DNA from: Azolla caroliniana
Lineage: Eukaryota; Plantae; Polypodiophyta
Direction: 5' to 3'
Length of the DNA: 64,000 nucleotides
NCBI GenBank assembly: GCA_043228905.1
Contig: JBHGNT010000004.1
Location: 20,770,001-20,834,000, forward strand
Each line of letters opens with the position of its first letter. The stretch's first letter is position 1. Position numbers and translations under genes: made by a program. The notes beneath the pieces are model-generated. The model was not told the origin of the DNA, did no database searches, and saw nothing but the letters and a program-made list of their open reading frames with translations. Below are positions 1 through 12,100 of the stretch, piece by piece.

Positions 1-1249
1 TATGATCATTCAAAGTCTTACTTAGATATTTCTGGAAGTGATTTTGTATGTGCATCTCTTTAACTGATATGTAAGTATGAGAGAGAGAGTGAGAGAGATG
101 CATACATATGAGCTCAACCTTCTAGGTGGTGTAGCAAGCATGACACTAAGTTGTAACTACCTTTTAATATGTCATGCATGTATAAAGCAAGTGATATTTT
201 TTTTTTTTTTTCAAAAAAAAAGAATATCCTTCCATTAGATAAGAAAACCAAGTTTGCTACAACATACAAAGTATGTGGACAGAAAGCCAAGATACTTGCT
301 AAAGTCCTCTTGTAAAATTCAATGGGCAACCATAGATCTTTCCCTAAAGAGGCTAAGGAGATGGATCTATATACATCCCAACTTACAATGGAGAACAACC
401 AACAAAAGGGGGGTAAAGCAAGTGATATTTGATGTATTTTAATGCCATTGTGCAACTTGAACAGCCGGCTTGTGTGAAGGAGTGTGAGGGCTCTATGAGA
501 GTAAATGCTCATGTTCTTATCTTATATAGAAACTCAACATGTAAGGCTGACATTTGCATTTTCATTTTAGTTGTATCATATCTCTTCCTTTGTGCTTAGG
601 ATAATTACATAGTGCATAGCATCAATTGAAAGCTTAGAGAGATCTTGCGCATTCCATCTTTCAAATCATTTTTTATGTCAATTGCCTAACTGAATGAGAG
701 AATTTTTTTCTTGTGATGCTTTTGTGGTTACATCCAACATTTGAAGCAAGATGTGGTCATCTATGAATGGGCATATTCTTGACCTTTGTAAAGTGTGCAT
801 TTACATATTGTAATGCTAATATCTCTTTGAGTTGAACATTTGATTCCTAGAGTATAACTTGGTACTAGGTAGGTGGCTAATTTACTCCTCTTTTGTCTCA
901 TTTAAAACATACGTTAAATCTTCTCAATCTCGTTCCATGCATTAAGACGGACGGTGCTATTGATCTGCAATACCATGGCATTAATGGACATTAGTTTCAA
1001 TCCCTATCCAACAAACGCTTTGGTTGAATTGATTTTCTAACATAAAATAAAAGTTCCAACCAACTTGAAGTCTAGAGACAAAGCATATATTTTATTTATT
1101 TGGAGTGAGGATATGCATACCAAGATTTTCTATTTATTGCCTTTGAGCCTTTGAGTTCTCCTCACAAGCTTCCTATATTGGTATTCCTTATAATAATCAT
1201 TTATACATATTATTATATAATTATCTATGTTCTCAAAGTATGTACGTTC

Positions 1250-2602
1250 TCTTAGCACAACGAATATTCCCTTTCGAGTGAAGCCATGCCAATTATATAT
1301 AAGGCAAGCATCTTAAGTATCCATTTTGCCTTATACTCTCAAATTTCAACCCACATTTATATATCAATACCTTGAGTTGCATCACTTAGTCCTAAGTCCT
1401 TATCCCATTGATATCCTCTACAGTCTAAAACATGATTTTCAAATTGAGTCATGAGTAGTTCCATAGGTTAGCAATTGCCCTTTATTTTCCAAAGTCCTTG
1501 CTTAGATTCAAGCACTTGCCTTCTAGGTTCTTTCTTAGATTCATGCATGTTCCAAACGAGGCCCAATTAGATAGTTAGTTGAACCCTTGGTTGTTCTCAT
1601 TGGATTTTGACTTTGTTATTTCTTGCAAAAGAAGACAATGCATTCCAAGACTTTTGTATGTTCAAGTTTGGGTTTGGGGTATTCTGCAAGGTATATTGAA
1701 GGGAAAAATCATAGTTCGTTTGTTTTTCAAATGTAGGGTTTTTAGCTCATGCATCTAGGTGGAGAGTGGACTTGGGTTTTGGGAGGCACTTAAAATTGTA
1801 CAATTTGTTTTGTGCTCATCTCCACTAAGTTGTAGCCAACCTTCATTTTCTCCTTTGTGTAAGTTCTATGCAACCTTTGGGCATATTTGCTTAATCTTAT
1901 AGTCACGTCACATAGGACCATCGGTTATAGGTCAACTCTGATTTTTTGCTTCTAAGACACTATGATCCCTTCCAAAACATTTGCAAGTGGCACTCTACCA
2001 AACCAGATCATGAGGTTCTAGGCTTGTTGGTTTATATACATAGAGGCACTTTTTTGCAAATGTGGTATTTGAATGTTCATATGTTTGCTGATCGTTGAAC
2101 CATTTCAAGTTGGCCTTCTAGTTGAGTCTCATGTACCATATGGAGTATGTCGTTGGTCCCCATGCAATGGGTATACTGGATACTTGTTTGTTTTTATCTT
2201 AGTTAAGGACAATAGGATGGAATGTAGTGAGTATATTGGATAGAATGAAGTGCAATGTAACAATGACTCGTCTAGTGATTCTTCCATAGGACACCATGAC
2301 TTATCCCCCCTTTCCTTGGTGTTTAGACTTATAGTGTACTCAAGTGCTACTAACCTCGTATCAATTCCAAGTAATGTGGGTTGCCTTGGCAAGCTGTATT
2401 GTTTCCATGACTCTCACGGAAGCATCTCTATGGATCGATGGAGTTTTGCCTCCAATCAATGTCGTTAGGCTTGAGTTAGGACCGACGTATGCCCTTTTGA
2501 TGGCGAATTGGGTGAAGGTGGTTGTCAATCACTTTCGAGCTACTAGCGTGCTTGGCATTTTACTTATTAGTAGTTAATCACACACACACACACACACACA
2601 CA

Positions 2603-2640
<38 letters not shown>

Positions 2641-4300
2641 CCTTACTCTATCTTATATAAAGAAGATATATTATTAGCAACACCAATTCTTAATACAAGA
2701 AGGTTTAGCACTATACAAGAGGAGATTAGGGTTCGACGTACTTATCTCTTAACCCTAATCTCTCTTAAATCCAATGAAGGATTAACGAGATAGAAGTGGA
2801 ACTCTTAGTACACTAATAGAAAGGAGAAATCCCAAGAAGAGGCTCCAAATTTACCAAAATGTGGTTTTTATAGGTTTTTACAAGGCAAGTGTCTCCCTTT
2901 CACATTAGTTTGTTCATTGGCTTATATTGTTTCCGCTTTGGTTTGTTCTATCCCCTTTTTCCTAAGGTTGGTTGACCTCGGTGTCTGTTGTTGGTGCCAC
3001 AATCTCTAGAACTGGTGTTCCGAGTGTTGGATACTTAACAGAAGGTAGTGACAAGGTAGTGATCTTGGAGCTTGAAGGGTGATTTGGGATGCTCCACATA
3101 TGTTGAGGGCCAAACTTTCCATTCATGAACTTCCAACAATTATTATGATGGTATAGGACAAATGCTCGACAACACTAAGAACATTGGTTTAAATACAATT
3201 ATTAATGTAATGTATTATGTTTGTGGAATTCAAGGGACTAGATGTTTTGATATAGGACATATCCTGTTGGTTGTTCCACCTTATCTTGGGTAATTTATGT
3301 GGAGATCCACAATTTGTGTGATGATGACCTTAGTGGGCACTTGGAGACCCAACATAGAATCTTCCATGATCATGGAAGAAGGTATGACATTGTTGCACAA
3401 CTAAGAAATTGTGTAGCATGGGTCAAAATGACTTGCAATGAACCTATTCATGAGTTTGGTGTTGATCAATTTATTGTTGTAGTCATGCCAATTATATGAG
3501 TTCTTAGTGCAAAAGATATAGTCCCATACAATGTCCATTACTTCTTGATTTAAGGAAAAGAACTAGTAAACGAGGTTCCATGTTGCTCCATATAATGTGA
3601 AGTTCGTGAGGAACCCCTCTTTCACATATTCCTTGTTGTGTAGTGAGTCCTTTAGGAGTGTCATGAATTAGGCCCTAGCTTCATCATCTAGTGGTAATCC
3701 AAACACTGTCACTTTAATTCCACCATAGAATGGTTCATATGCCATTATATCTTGGTTGAACCGTTGAGCATGGTCGTAATATCCCCATGGTCAATCAACA
3801 TGGTCAATCAATCATTGGTGGTGACTTATTGTATGGGTAGGGTACTAATCTATAGGTTATGGACAACTATTGAGGAAAGGGATTGCATTCTGATACGTTA
3901 AGCAGCCACATCAAGGTTGGGGGAGGCTATTGTACTAGGGGGCACCTATGATGGTAGTTGTATCATGAAGGGTGATTGGTTCTTGAACTAAGTGTGTCTA
4001 AATGTAGGGGATGGTCCTTGTGTTCTAACTTTGATGGTATATTTATGTGTAGAACCATGCTAATACTAGGTTGTGAGCTCTCTTTACTAGTTTTGGGACA
4101 CATGCAATGTTTTTATGTTGCTCTTGCGAGTGGCATTTCTATTGACTTTAGTTCTTCAGGGAGGGTTGATTGCTCTCCAACTTACTTTGCAACTACATTC
4201 CTGAAGCCTAATCTCTTGAAGATTTATTTCAAAATGATGAGTTTTCATGCACACTTGCTTTTTCTCCATATTAGTGTCTTTACAATGTTGACATTGTTTT
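1250..4300 (-). mobile_element. Heavily decayed Ty3/gypsy-like gag/protease relics
   Basis: Minus-strand remnants: GTTHDSI (like the retroviral protease DSGATHNFI) at ~1440-1470, IIGMASL (like ILGMDWL) at ~1280-1300, and Cys/His knuckle-like remnants at ~1880-1990 and ~3200-3280. No long ORF survives and the boundaries are rough. Confidence 0.35.
2579..2638. repeat. Compound microsatellite (CA)n(CT)n
   Basis: Seen directly in the sequence. Confidence 0.95.
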
Positions 4301-4995
4301 GACAACACAAGGAAGTGATACCGCCACATCTCCCTTTTAGGTTTTTAAGTTAGCCTCAATTAATAATTTGGCCAATTTTCACTATCGTTTGCCGTGAAAG
4401 GGTAGAAATGAAACACCACGATTTGCAACGCACATAAATTTACTCAAACCTGACCGCTCACGTGTCAGTTGTAACGATAGGTAAATGTAAACATTAACAT
4501 CTAACTCCCTTCAAAACAGGAGGGACCATATCTACATGTGCAAATGGGGTAACCTTCGAGCCCTTACAATGGCAGGGTTGCAACTTTAGGACATACTTGC
4601 CGGCCATAGTGTCAAGCATCTAATACTGCCATGGATTATGAATCGCTCGAGGTTGCAAAGTGTTATGTCCGGCTTGTGATACCTCTCCTTGTCATGTCTC
4701 GGTTGTAGGAGGTCCACTTGTCATGTGCCCATGGCTCTCCCAAGAGACTGAACTTTGTCTTTCTTAGACTCTACTTCTTGTTAACTCTGTCTCTTTTGGA
4801 CTAACACATTTTGTTTAAAACATGTGAAGATGGCGGCATGGACGTCTTACTTCAAGAAACACTGCACTAAGAATCTTGCAATGACACAGTAATCCGAAGT
4901 CTAATGTAATGGTAATTCTTCCCTGTTTCCACTTCCTTCCCACATGTCACAGATAGAGACGGTTTTTGTTTTGCTTTTGTGAGCAGAGGAAGAAT

Positions 4996-7623
4996 ATGAA
5001 ACCATGGGTGTCTATGAAGGACAGCATTATTAATTTCGTGTCCATTTTGAAGATATGTGCAGAGAGGAAGGATCTGTACAAAGGTATCAGAATACATGAT
5101 GATATCGTTAAAAGAGGATTGATCCAAATAAATCCTCTTTTGGGCAGCTCTTTAATTAACATGTATGCAAAATGTGGTGATCTCACAACAGCACAAAAGC
5201 TGCTTAACGAGCTTCCTTTTCGGGATATAGTCTCATGGAATTCGTTAATCTCAGGTTTTTCTCAGAAAGGATTAGTTGAGGATGCACTGAACTGTTTAGA
5301 GAACTTGAAAAGAGAAGGATTTTCTCCGAATGCGATTACTTTTGTTTGCATTTTGAAGGCTTGTGGCATGTCAAAGAAGGTTCATATTGGCAAACAAATT
5401 CACGATGAGATTGTCGAGAGGGGGTTGTTACGTGGGAATATAAAGCTTGGAAATGCATTGGTGGATATGTACGCCAAATGTACTGACCTTTTAAAAGCAC
5501 AACAAGTGCTGGACGAGGTTCCTTCTCGGGATATCGTAACTTGGTCTTCATTAATCTCTGGTTATGCCCAGCAGCAAAGGGGTGCAGATGCATTGAATTG
5601 TTTTGATCGGATGCACAGTGAGGGTCTCTCACCAAATGCAATCACATTAACTTGCGTTTTAAAAGCATGTGCAAGCATAAGAGCATTAGACAAAGGGAAA
5701 CAGATTCATGACAAAATACTTAGCGAGGGTTTATTGAGCAGAGATTTAGTTCTTGGGACTGCTTTGGTGGATATGTATGCTAGATGTGGATCATTTATAA
5801 ATGCAAAGAAAGTGTTTGAAGAGCTTCCCTCCCATGATGTCGTGGCTTGGTCTGCATTGATATCAGGATATGCTCAACAAGGTCATGGAAGGGAGGCATT
5901 TAAATGTTTCAACCAAATGCAACAAAATGGTTTATCTCCAGATGAAGTCACTTTTACTTGCATCCTCAAGGCATGTGGTGACATCGGGCAAATTCAAACT
6001 GGAAAACAAGTTCACGAGGAGATCATTCATAATGGGCTTTTGAAGAACAATGTTGTGGTTGGCAATGCGTTGGTGGATATGTATGCCAAATGTGGTGAGC
6101 TCTCAAAAGCGAAACAAGTACTTAGTGAACTTCCAGTTCGGAATGTTATCACTTGGTCTGCATTGATATTGAGATATGCACAGCAAGATCAGGGTGAGGA
6201 TGCACTCGAGTGTTTTGAGAGTATGCAAAAGGAGGGTCTCTCTCCAAATGCTATTACTTATGCTTGCATCTTAAAGGCATGTGGGAGCCCCAGGGTGATC
6301 GAGAAAGGCAAGAAAATTCATGATGAAATCAGGAATAAGGGAATGCTTAGTGATGTTGTGGTTGGGACGGCAGTGGTGGATATGTATGCCCGATGTGGTG
6401 AGCTTAAGACAGCCCATAGAGTACTTGATGAGCTTCCTGTCCATAATATTGCCACTTGGAATGCCTTGATCTCTGGATATGTCCAAATTGGGCAAAGTGA
6501 GGAAGCATTGGGCTGCCTTGAAACAATGATGCAAAGAGAGGATCCATTTCCTAATGTGATAACCTTCACCTGTGCCTTGAAGGCATGTAGCTCCATGGAA
6601 TCAATCGAGAAAGGGAAGCAAATTCATGATTATCTTGTTTGCAGACGATTACTGGGAAAAGATGTTGCTCTTCATACCGCATTGGTAGACATGTATGCTA
6701 AATGTGGTGCACTTGCAAAAGCAAAGGAAGTGCTTGGTCAGATTCCTGTGAGGGACGTAGTCTCCTGGAATGCACTGATCTCAGGATATATCCTGCAAGG
6801 TCAAGGAGAGGAAGCATTAGACTGCTTAGGGATGATGAAGAAGGATGGAGTTTCTCCTAATTCCATTACCTTTGCATACATCCTGAAGACATGTGGAGAC
6901 ACAGGATTGGTCGACAAGGGGAGGGTGATACACGATGAGATTATACAGAACGGTCTATTGTTACAAGGAGATGTTATGCTTGCTACAGCTTTAGTAGAGA
7001 TGTATACAAGAGCAGGGGTGCTTTCAAAGGCTGAAAAGGTCCTTGACGAACTTCTTATTCAGAATGTAGTCTCTTGGAATGCTTTAATGTCAGGGTATGC
7101 TCAGCAAGGACAAGGCAAGCAAGCAATAGAGTGTTTTGAACGGATGAGACGGGAAGGTATCGAGCCGACTGCCGTCACTTTTCTTTGCTTATTGAATGCA
7201 TGTAGCCACTCGGGTCTCGTGGATGAAGGTCAAATGTATTTTGATAATATGAGTGGAATCTATGGTGTTTCTCCACATTCGGAGCATCATGCTTGTATGG
7301 TTGATCTTTTGAGTCGTGCCGGGCACTTTGAGAGAGCTATGGCTGTTATTCACAAGATGCCTTCTTCAAATTATCTACCTGTCTGGGCTTCTGTCTTGGG
7401 TGGTTGTAGAAAATGGGGCAATGTGGAGCTTGGTAGGTTGGCCTTTAAACAAGCAATACAGTTAGATAGGAATAACTTTGCGGCCTACATTTGTATGATC
7501 AATATTTTTACAGCTGCTGGCATGCAAGAAGAGGCACAAAGCATAAACGCCATGCGAATAAGAAATTCTGGATGTAAGAATTCAGGAGTTCATTATTTTG
7601 GTTCAAATTTTCATTCGTTATAG
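4996..7623 (+). CDS. PLS-class pentatricopeptide repeat protein, E subclass without DYW; probable organellar RNA-editing specificity factor, ~875 aa
   Basis: Uninterrupted intronless ORF. The first ATG is at 4996 (the ORF track starts at a TTG). About 23 P/L/S motifs (VSWNALISGY.., ITFTCILKAC.., LGNALVDMYAKC..), then P2-L2-S2 (LNACSHSGLVDEG, HHACMVDLLSRAG) and E1/E2 (VWASVLGGCRKWGNVELG, AYICMINIF). It stops before any DYW domain. An upstream exon is possible. Confidence 0.95.
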   Translation: MKPWVSMKDSIINFVSILKICAERKDLYKGIRIHDDIVKRGLIQINPLLGSSLINMYAKCGDLTTAQKLLNELPFRDIVSWNSLISGFSQKGLVEDALNCLENLKREGFSPNAITFVCILKACGMSKKVHIGKQIHDEIVERGLLRGNIKLGNALVDMYAKCTDLLKAQQVLDEVPSRDIVTWSSLISGYAQQQRGADALNCFDRMHSEGLSPNAITLTCVLKACASIRALDKGKQIHDKILSEGLLSRDLVLGTALVDMYARCGSFINAKKVFEELPSHDVVAWSALISGYAQQGHGREAFKCFNQMQQNGLSPDEVTFTCILKACGDIGQIQTGKQVHEEIIHNGLLKNNVVVGNALVDMYAKCGELSKAKQVLSELPVRNVITWSALILRYAQQDQGEDALECFESMQKEGLSPNAITYACILKACGSPRVIEKGKKIHDEIRNKGMLSDVVVGTAVVDMYARCGELKTAHRVLDELPVHNIATWNALISGYVQIGQSEEALGCLETMMQREDPFPNVITFTCALKACSSMESIEKGKQIHDYLVCRRLLGKDVALHTALVDMYAKCGALAKAKEVLGQIPVRDVVSWNALISGYILQGQGEEALDCLGMMKKDGVSPNSITFAYILKTCGDTGLVDKGRVIHDEIIQNGLLLQGDVMLATALVEMYTRAGVLSKAEKVLDELLIQNVVSWNALMSGYAQQGQGKQAIECFERMRREGIEPTAVTFLCLLNACSHSGLVDEGQMYFDNMSGIYGVSPHSEHHACMVDLLSRAGHFERAMAVIHKMPSSNYLPVWASVLGGCRKWGNVELGRLAFKQAIQLDRNNFAAYICMINIFTAAGMQEEAQSINAMRIRNSGCKNSGVHYFGSNFHSL

Positions 7624-8407
7624 CTCACTGACTCAAGAAATGAGTGAGAATTTTGACATGCTTGATATTTTTTCTCAAGATTGTCCTTGCCACTATATGT
7701 CTATACATAAATCTGAAGAGAACTGCCCATGCAGCATAAAAGATACCTACATGAAGGAGTCTTACCCATGCATAATAGAAGATACCTTGAGGAGACTATA
7801 AATGGCATAAAAACAATGGATTAATCACTACCATTGCAGAGTCATAAAATTATTGGGATTAAAGATTGAACTCCAAATGCTGAGTGCAGTCTCTTTGTGA
7901 ATTTTGAAGACTGATAGCTCATTATATCCTCTTATCATGAAACATAGCTTGTGCAAAGAGAAAGTCACCAGCTACATATGTAGAAATTGAAAATACGTGT
8001 TTTCATACAGATTGCCAACACTACTGCCCTCTTCCTTCAAGCAGTTTTCATCCTTTTAATATTCAGGGTGAGTAGTTGGAGTAGTTGCCGTGAAATTACT
8101 GTGTGGCAGTCACATGTATTGAAATTGTTGCCGATTGGTCTGAAACAGCATCCTTTGCATCACTACTTCCTCAATGCCCAGGGTTTATCAATTATAAAAA
8201 TTGCTGGGAAAATCAAGTTAACCATCATAAGCATCACGTATAAAATTCCTATTTTGACCTTTACATTAAGTCACGAGGACTTTCCAACTCTATCTGGTTT
8301 TCTCTGGGTGGGATGTAATCAACATGAGGATAACATAAGGTCATGGAAATAGTAAGAGTAAGGATAAAAGAGCCATGAATATTAAGAGAAAAATTGCACA
8401 TGTCCCT

Positions 8408-8600
8408 CCACAATTTCTTCCAGTTTCACTTGCATCCATAAAAATAAAGAGTGAGTAAAATATGTATACCACCCAGACTGACAACAAATTGCAAAAACAA
8501 TCAATGCTCCACAATTTCGTCTAGTTTCACTCGCATCCAGTAAAAATGATAAGAATGAGTAAAATTTGCATATCACCCAGCTGCACTGACAACAAATTGA
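8408..8600. repeat. Diverged ~101-bp tandem duplication
   Basis: ccacaatttc..agtttcact.gcatcca...gagtaaaat...cacccag...actgacaacaaattg occurs at ~8408 and ~8509. Confidence 0.8.
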
Positions 8601-9150
8601 AATATCAATGCTTGCTTACTTACTATTCATACATTTCGAACCAACAGTTCTTTGCATTTATCAGGGTTTGCGACTATCTTCAATATGATTCTCTCACTTA
8701 AATAAAGGGCATTGGCTTAACATCCAAGAATATTTTTGTTTGCTCGAGTAAAGGTGACCATATTACATACGTGTGAAACATCTCACATATTAGCACATTT
8801 GTGCAACATTTCACTCTATCATAATACACGTGTACAAGAAGCATTTCATACATAGTATGTGCACTCTCTGGTCAATATATTTAGTTCAAAACAAAACATG
8901 TGCTACAGTTTATTTGGAAAACATCATCATAAGCAAGCATAATACACCTCACTTGTAAATCTATTAATATTCAACAAGAAATAAATTGACAAAATTGTGA
9001 GAGGGCTTGGCCTCATGTTATGATCTAGCAAACCCTTGAAGACCAATGAAATAGGCGTTGTGGGAGCAGATCATATAAATGCAAATAATTTCTACAATTA
9101 ATACCTTTGTTTCTGGTCCAATAATTCGATTGCAATTATATCATAAATTA

Positions 9151-12100
9151 CTAATGCATACCATTCGTATGTCCTCCATTCACCAATGCATGTCTCGTTT
9201 TTGCTTTACCATTTGCATCCGCTTTCATGCATCCATTCATTGGTAGTTTATTGGGCAGGCCTGAACAAATTTTCAAACTTCCCTGTAAATAGGAGTCTAG
9301 ACCTCCTGATGCTGCAAGTATAAGACCTGTATGGAGAGCAAAGGCTTTAGTAAAAATACACTGTAAGGGCGAGTTTTCAAGAAATTGTGGGAAAGGACTT
9401 TCAATATTAAATTCATCGTGGAGAAAAACTCCAAAATATCAGCAATGTTTTAAACAACTATCAGAACTGCTTTTTAATTTCCAGAAATTACCAAAATATG
9501 TTAGGCTGCTTGTAAATTTTGAATGCTTAAGGGGTCTACAGATAATACCCATTAAACAGGGGCTATTTCAGTGGTTTACCATTTATTTCATACTGCCTCA
9601 TAACAAAACAATTCTCAAAAACAAACCTAGAAAAACAGGTGAAGGCTTCCCAGGCCTTGACTTAAACTCCGGGTGGAATTGAACCCCAACAAAAAATGGG
9701 TGATTTGAAAGTTCCAATATCTCCATGCGACGACCACTGTCATCTCTACCAACAAAGTGAAGCCCAGCTGCTTCAAACTTGTCAACCATATCAGGATTTA
9801 CCTGCATACATTATGATAATAGCTAACAACATGAAGACAAACATGGAAGAATAAAATTGAAGGTTTATTTCATCAAAACGCACTTCATATCTGTGCCTAT
9901 GTCGCTCTTCAATGTATTGCTCCGCAGTTTTATACCTTCTCAAGAGTCAAGAGTATTAGAAATTGAAGAAGCCACTTAATTTCTCCAATGCCAAAAAACT
10001 TACAGCTTCGCAGTTAGACAATCAGATGACTGAAAACATGTCCTCCTCGTTCCCAACCTCATGGTACCCCCCATGTGTGTTTTCGAGACCTGCGAAGATG
10101 AAATCTCCACTTAAGGATATCTTCATTGACTTTAGTCATACAGTTTACTTCTCGAGCCTTTTGACTGGGAAGGAAATATTCTTATACATAGCTTCATATT
10201 CTTTTGCTCACAAAATCATGAGATTTACTTGAAATTAAGTATTCTTATACATAGCTTCATATTCTTTTGAAATTAAGTATACCCAATACATACAGTAGAT
10301 ATGCACCTCAATGGGCACTAAGCCCAAAACAGGGACATGAATAACCAAGACTAATTATGATTGTGATCCTTCTCCCACCAAAGGAGAGGTTCATCTGCAT
10401 GACTGTAGTTGCTTGTAACATACCAGACTCATGAGCATCAACCATATTCCTGCAATCACATGCCATTTATTTGATGTTCTTTTGTCTCCTTCATCCATCA
10501 GAGTTGTTCAAATATCGAAGATAAGGCACCTTCAACTGGTTGGAACTTGTATATCTGAAACTTGTGGATGTTTGAAGCTGAACATCCTTGGATGATAATG
10601 ATTCTGTCTCTCCAAAAACTTTCGAGTCTTAAAGTCAAATGTTTTTCATTCATGTCATGAATAACCAAGACTTGTTATAAGTGTGATCTCTCATCTACAT
10701 GGCAATTGTGACTTGTAACGTACCAACCTCATGAGCATTAGCTACATTAATAGCTGCCTGCCAATGTATCCAAGTAGGCACATGCAATTTACTGTTCTGC
10801 TCATTTCCTCTTCCATTGGAATTGTCCAAATATAAAAGATTATGGAGCTCAATATTCCTAGATGATGATCCTGTCTCTCATCCTCTTTTAGAAAGATCCA
10901 TATAAAACAAAATGTATGTTGCCGCAAACACTAACATCCTGATATAAGGAGCATTCACGTAACACTATCTTGTGCAAATCTTGCACGTCACAGTACTCTA
11001 ATTTATGTGTATGCTGAATCATTTAACTCCTTCGATAGCTCATTCTCCTATGCAGATGATAGATTATGAGGGATGGAGCTCACCAACGACAGAACTAATT
11101 CAGGTCATCTTTATCAGAACTTTTTCCTCAGAATTTGTTTCTGAATAACTCAATGATGGAAGGTTTTGAAACGAATTCACCAATATGAAATCTTTACTTT
11201 CGCATATAATACATATATGATTTCATCACTCCCATTAAGAAAAGCACATCACATGTGTGCGCTGTCAGAGGATTGAGTGTACCTCTGGCATGAACAAAAC
11301 ACAAGGATGAGGTGTATCAGGATTGAATTCAGTACTGTTGGCATTCTCTAGCTGAAGGACCTGAGAGGCAAAAATGAACCCTAAGTTATCAATCACTAGG
11401 TAACAAAAATCAACAAAAGCTGGAATCCACAAAGTTGTTTCAAGCCATTATTACCGAGCGTGCAAACTCAATCACAGCAATCTGCATCCCAAGGCAGATT
11501 CCTAAATAGGGAATGTTGTTTTCTCTAGCAAATTTGGCTGCCAGAAATTTGCCTTGGACTCCTCTATCCCCAAAGCCACCAGGAACAAGCACTCCATCCA
11601 CATTCTATCAGCATAAAGGATACGAATACTCAGTATTACAGGTTCATATTTACAGAAGTAATTTTCTATCCATGGATTTTTTAACCCAAAGCTCCATGCA
11701 GCCAAGTATAAACAGCATGGAAAGGCAGTTCCAAATGAAAACGTAAAACTACAGAATATATCTCATCAAAACGTTTACCTTAAGCACTTCCCAAGCTGCA
11801 GTATGCGCTGCAGGATTCTGCACAAAAAATATATAGCATTTAACCAGTGTTGAAATTCCTTTGGAACACTTGTTTCTCCTTCTAAATAGCTTACCTCATC
11901 CCTTGTTTCATCTTCAAGATCTGTGGCTGCAACCCATTCTATGCATAACTTACGGGAGCAATCAATAGATGCATGCAATAGAGCCTTTAAAAAAGAAATG
12001 GGAAACAAATCATCTCCTAAGTAGCACATTGCATTAGGAACCAGTGTATAATGATCGACCATACATTAAGTTGGTTCAACCTTGATAACAGAAAGATAAG

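Noticed and set aside
5336-6596. Antisense ORFs within the PPR gene
   Set aside because: These are shadow frames of a long coding sequence with no recognisable motifs.
7598-7801. Cys/His-containing ORF after the PPR stop as a frameshifted DYW domain
   Set aside because: It has no HxE(x)nCxxC motif and no DYW-like terminus.
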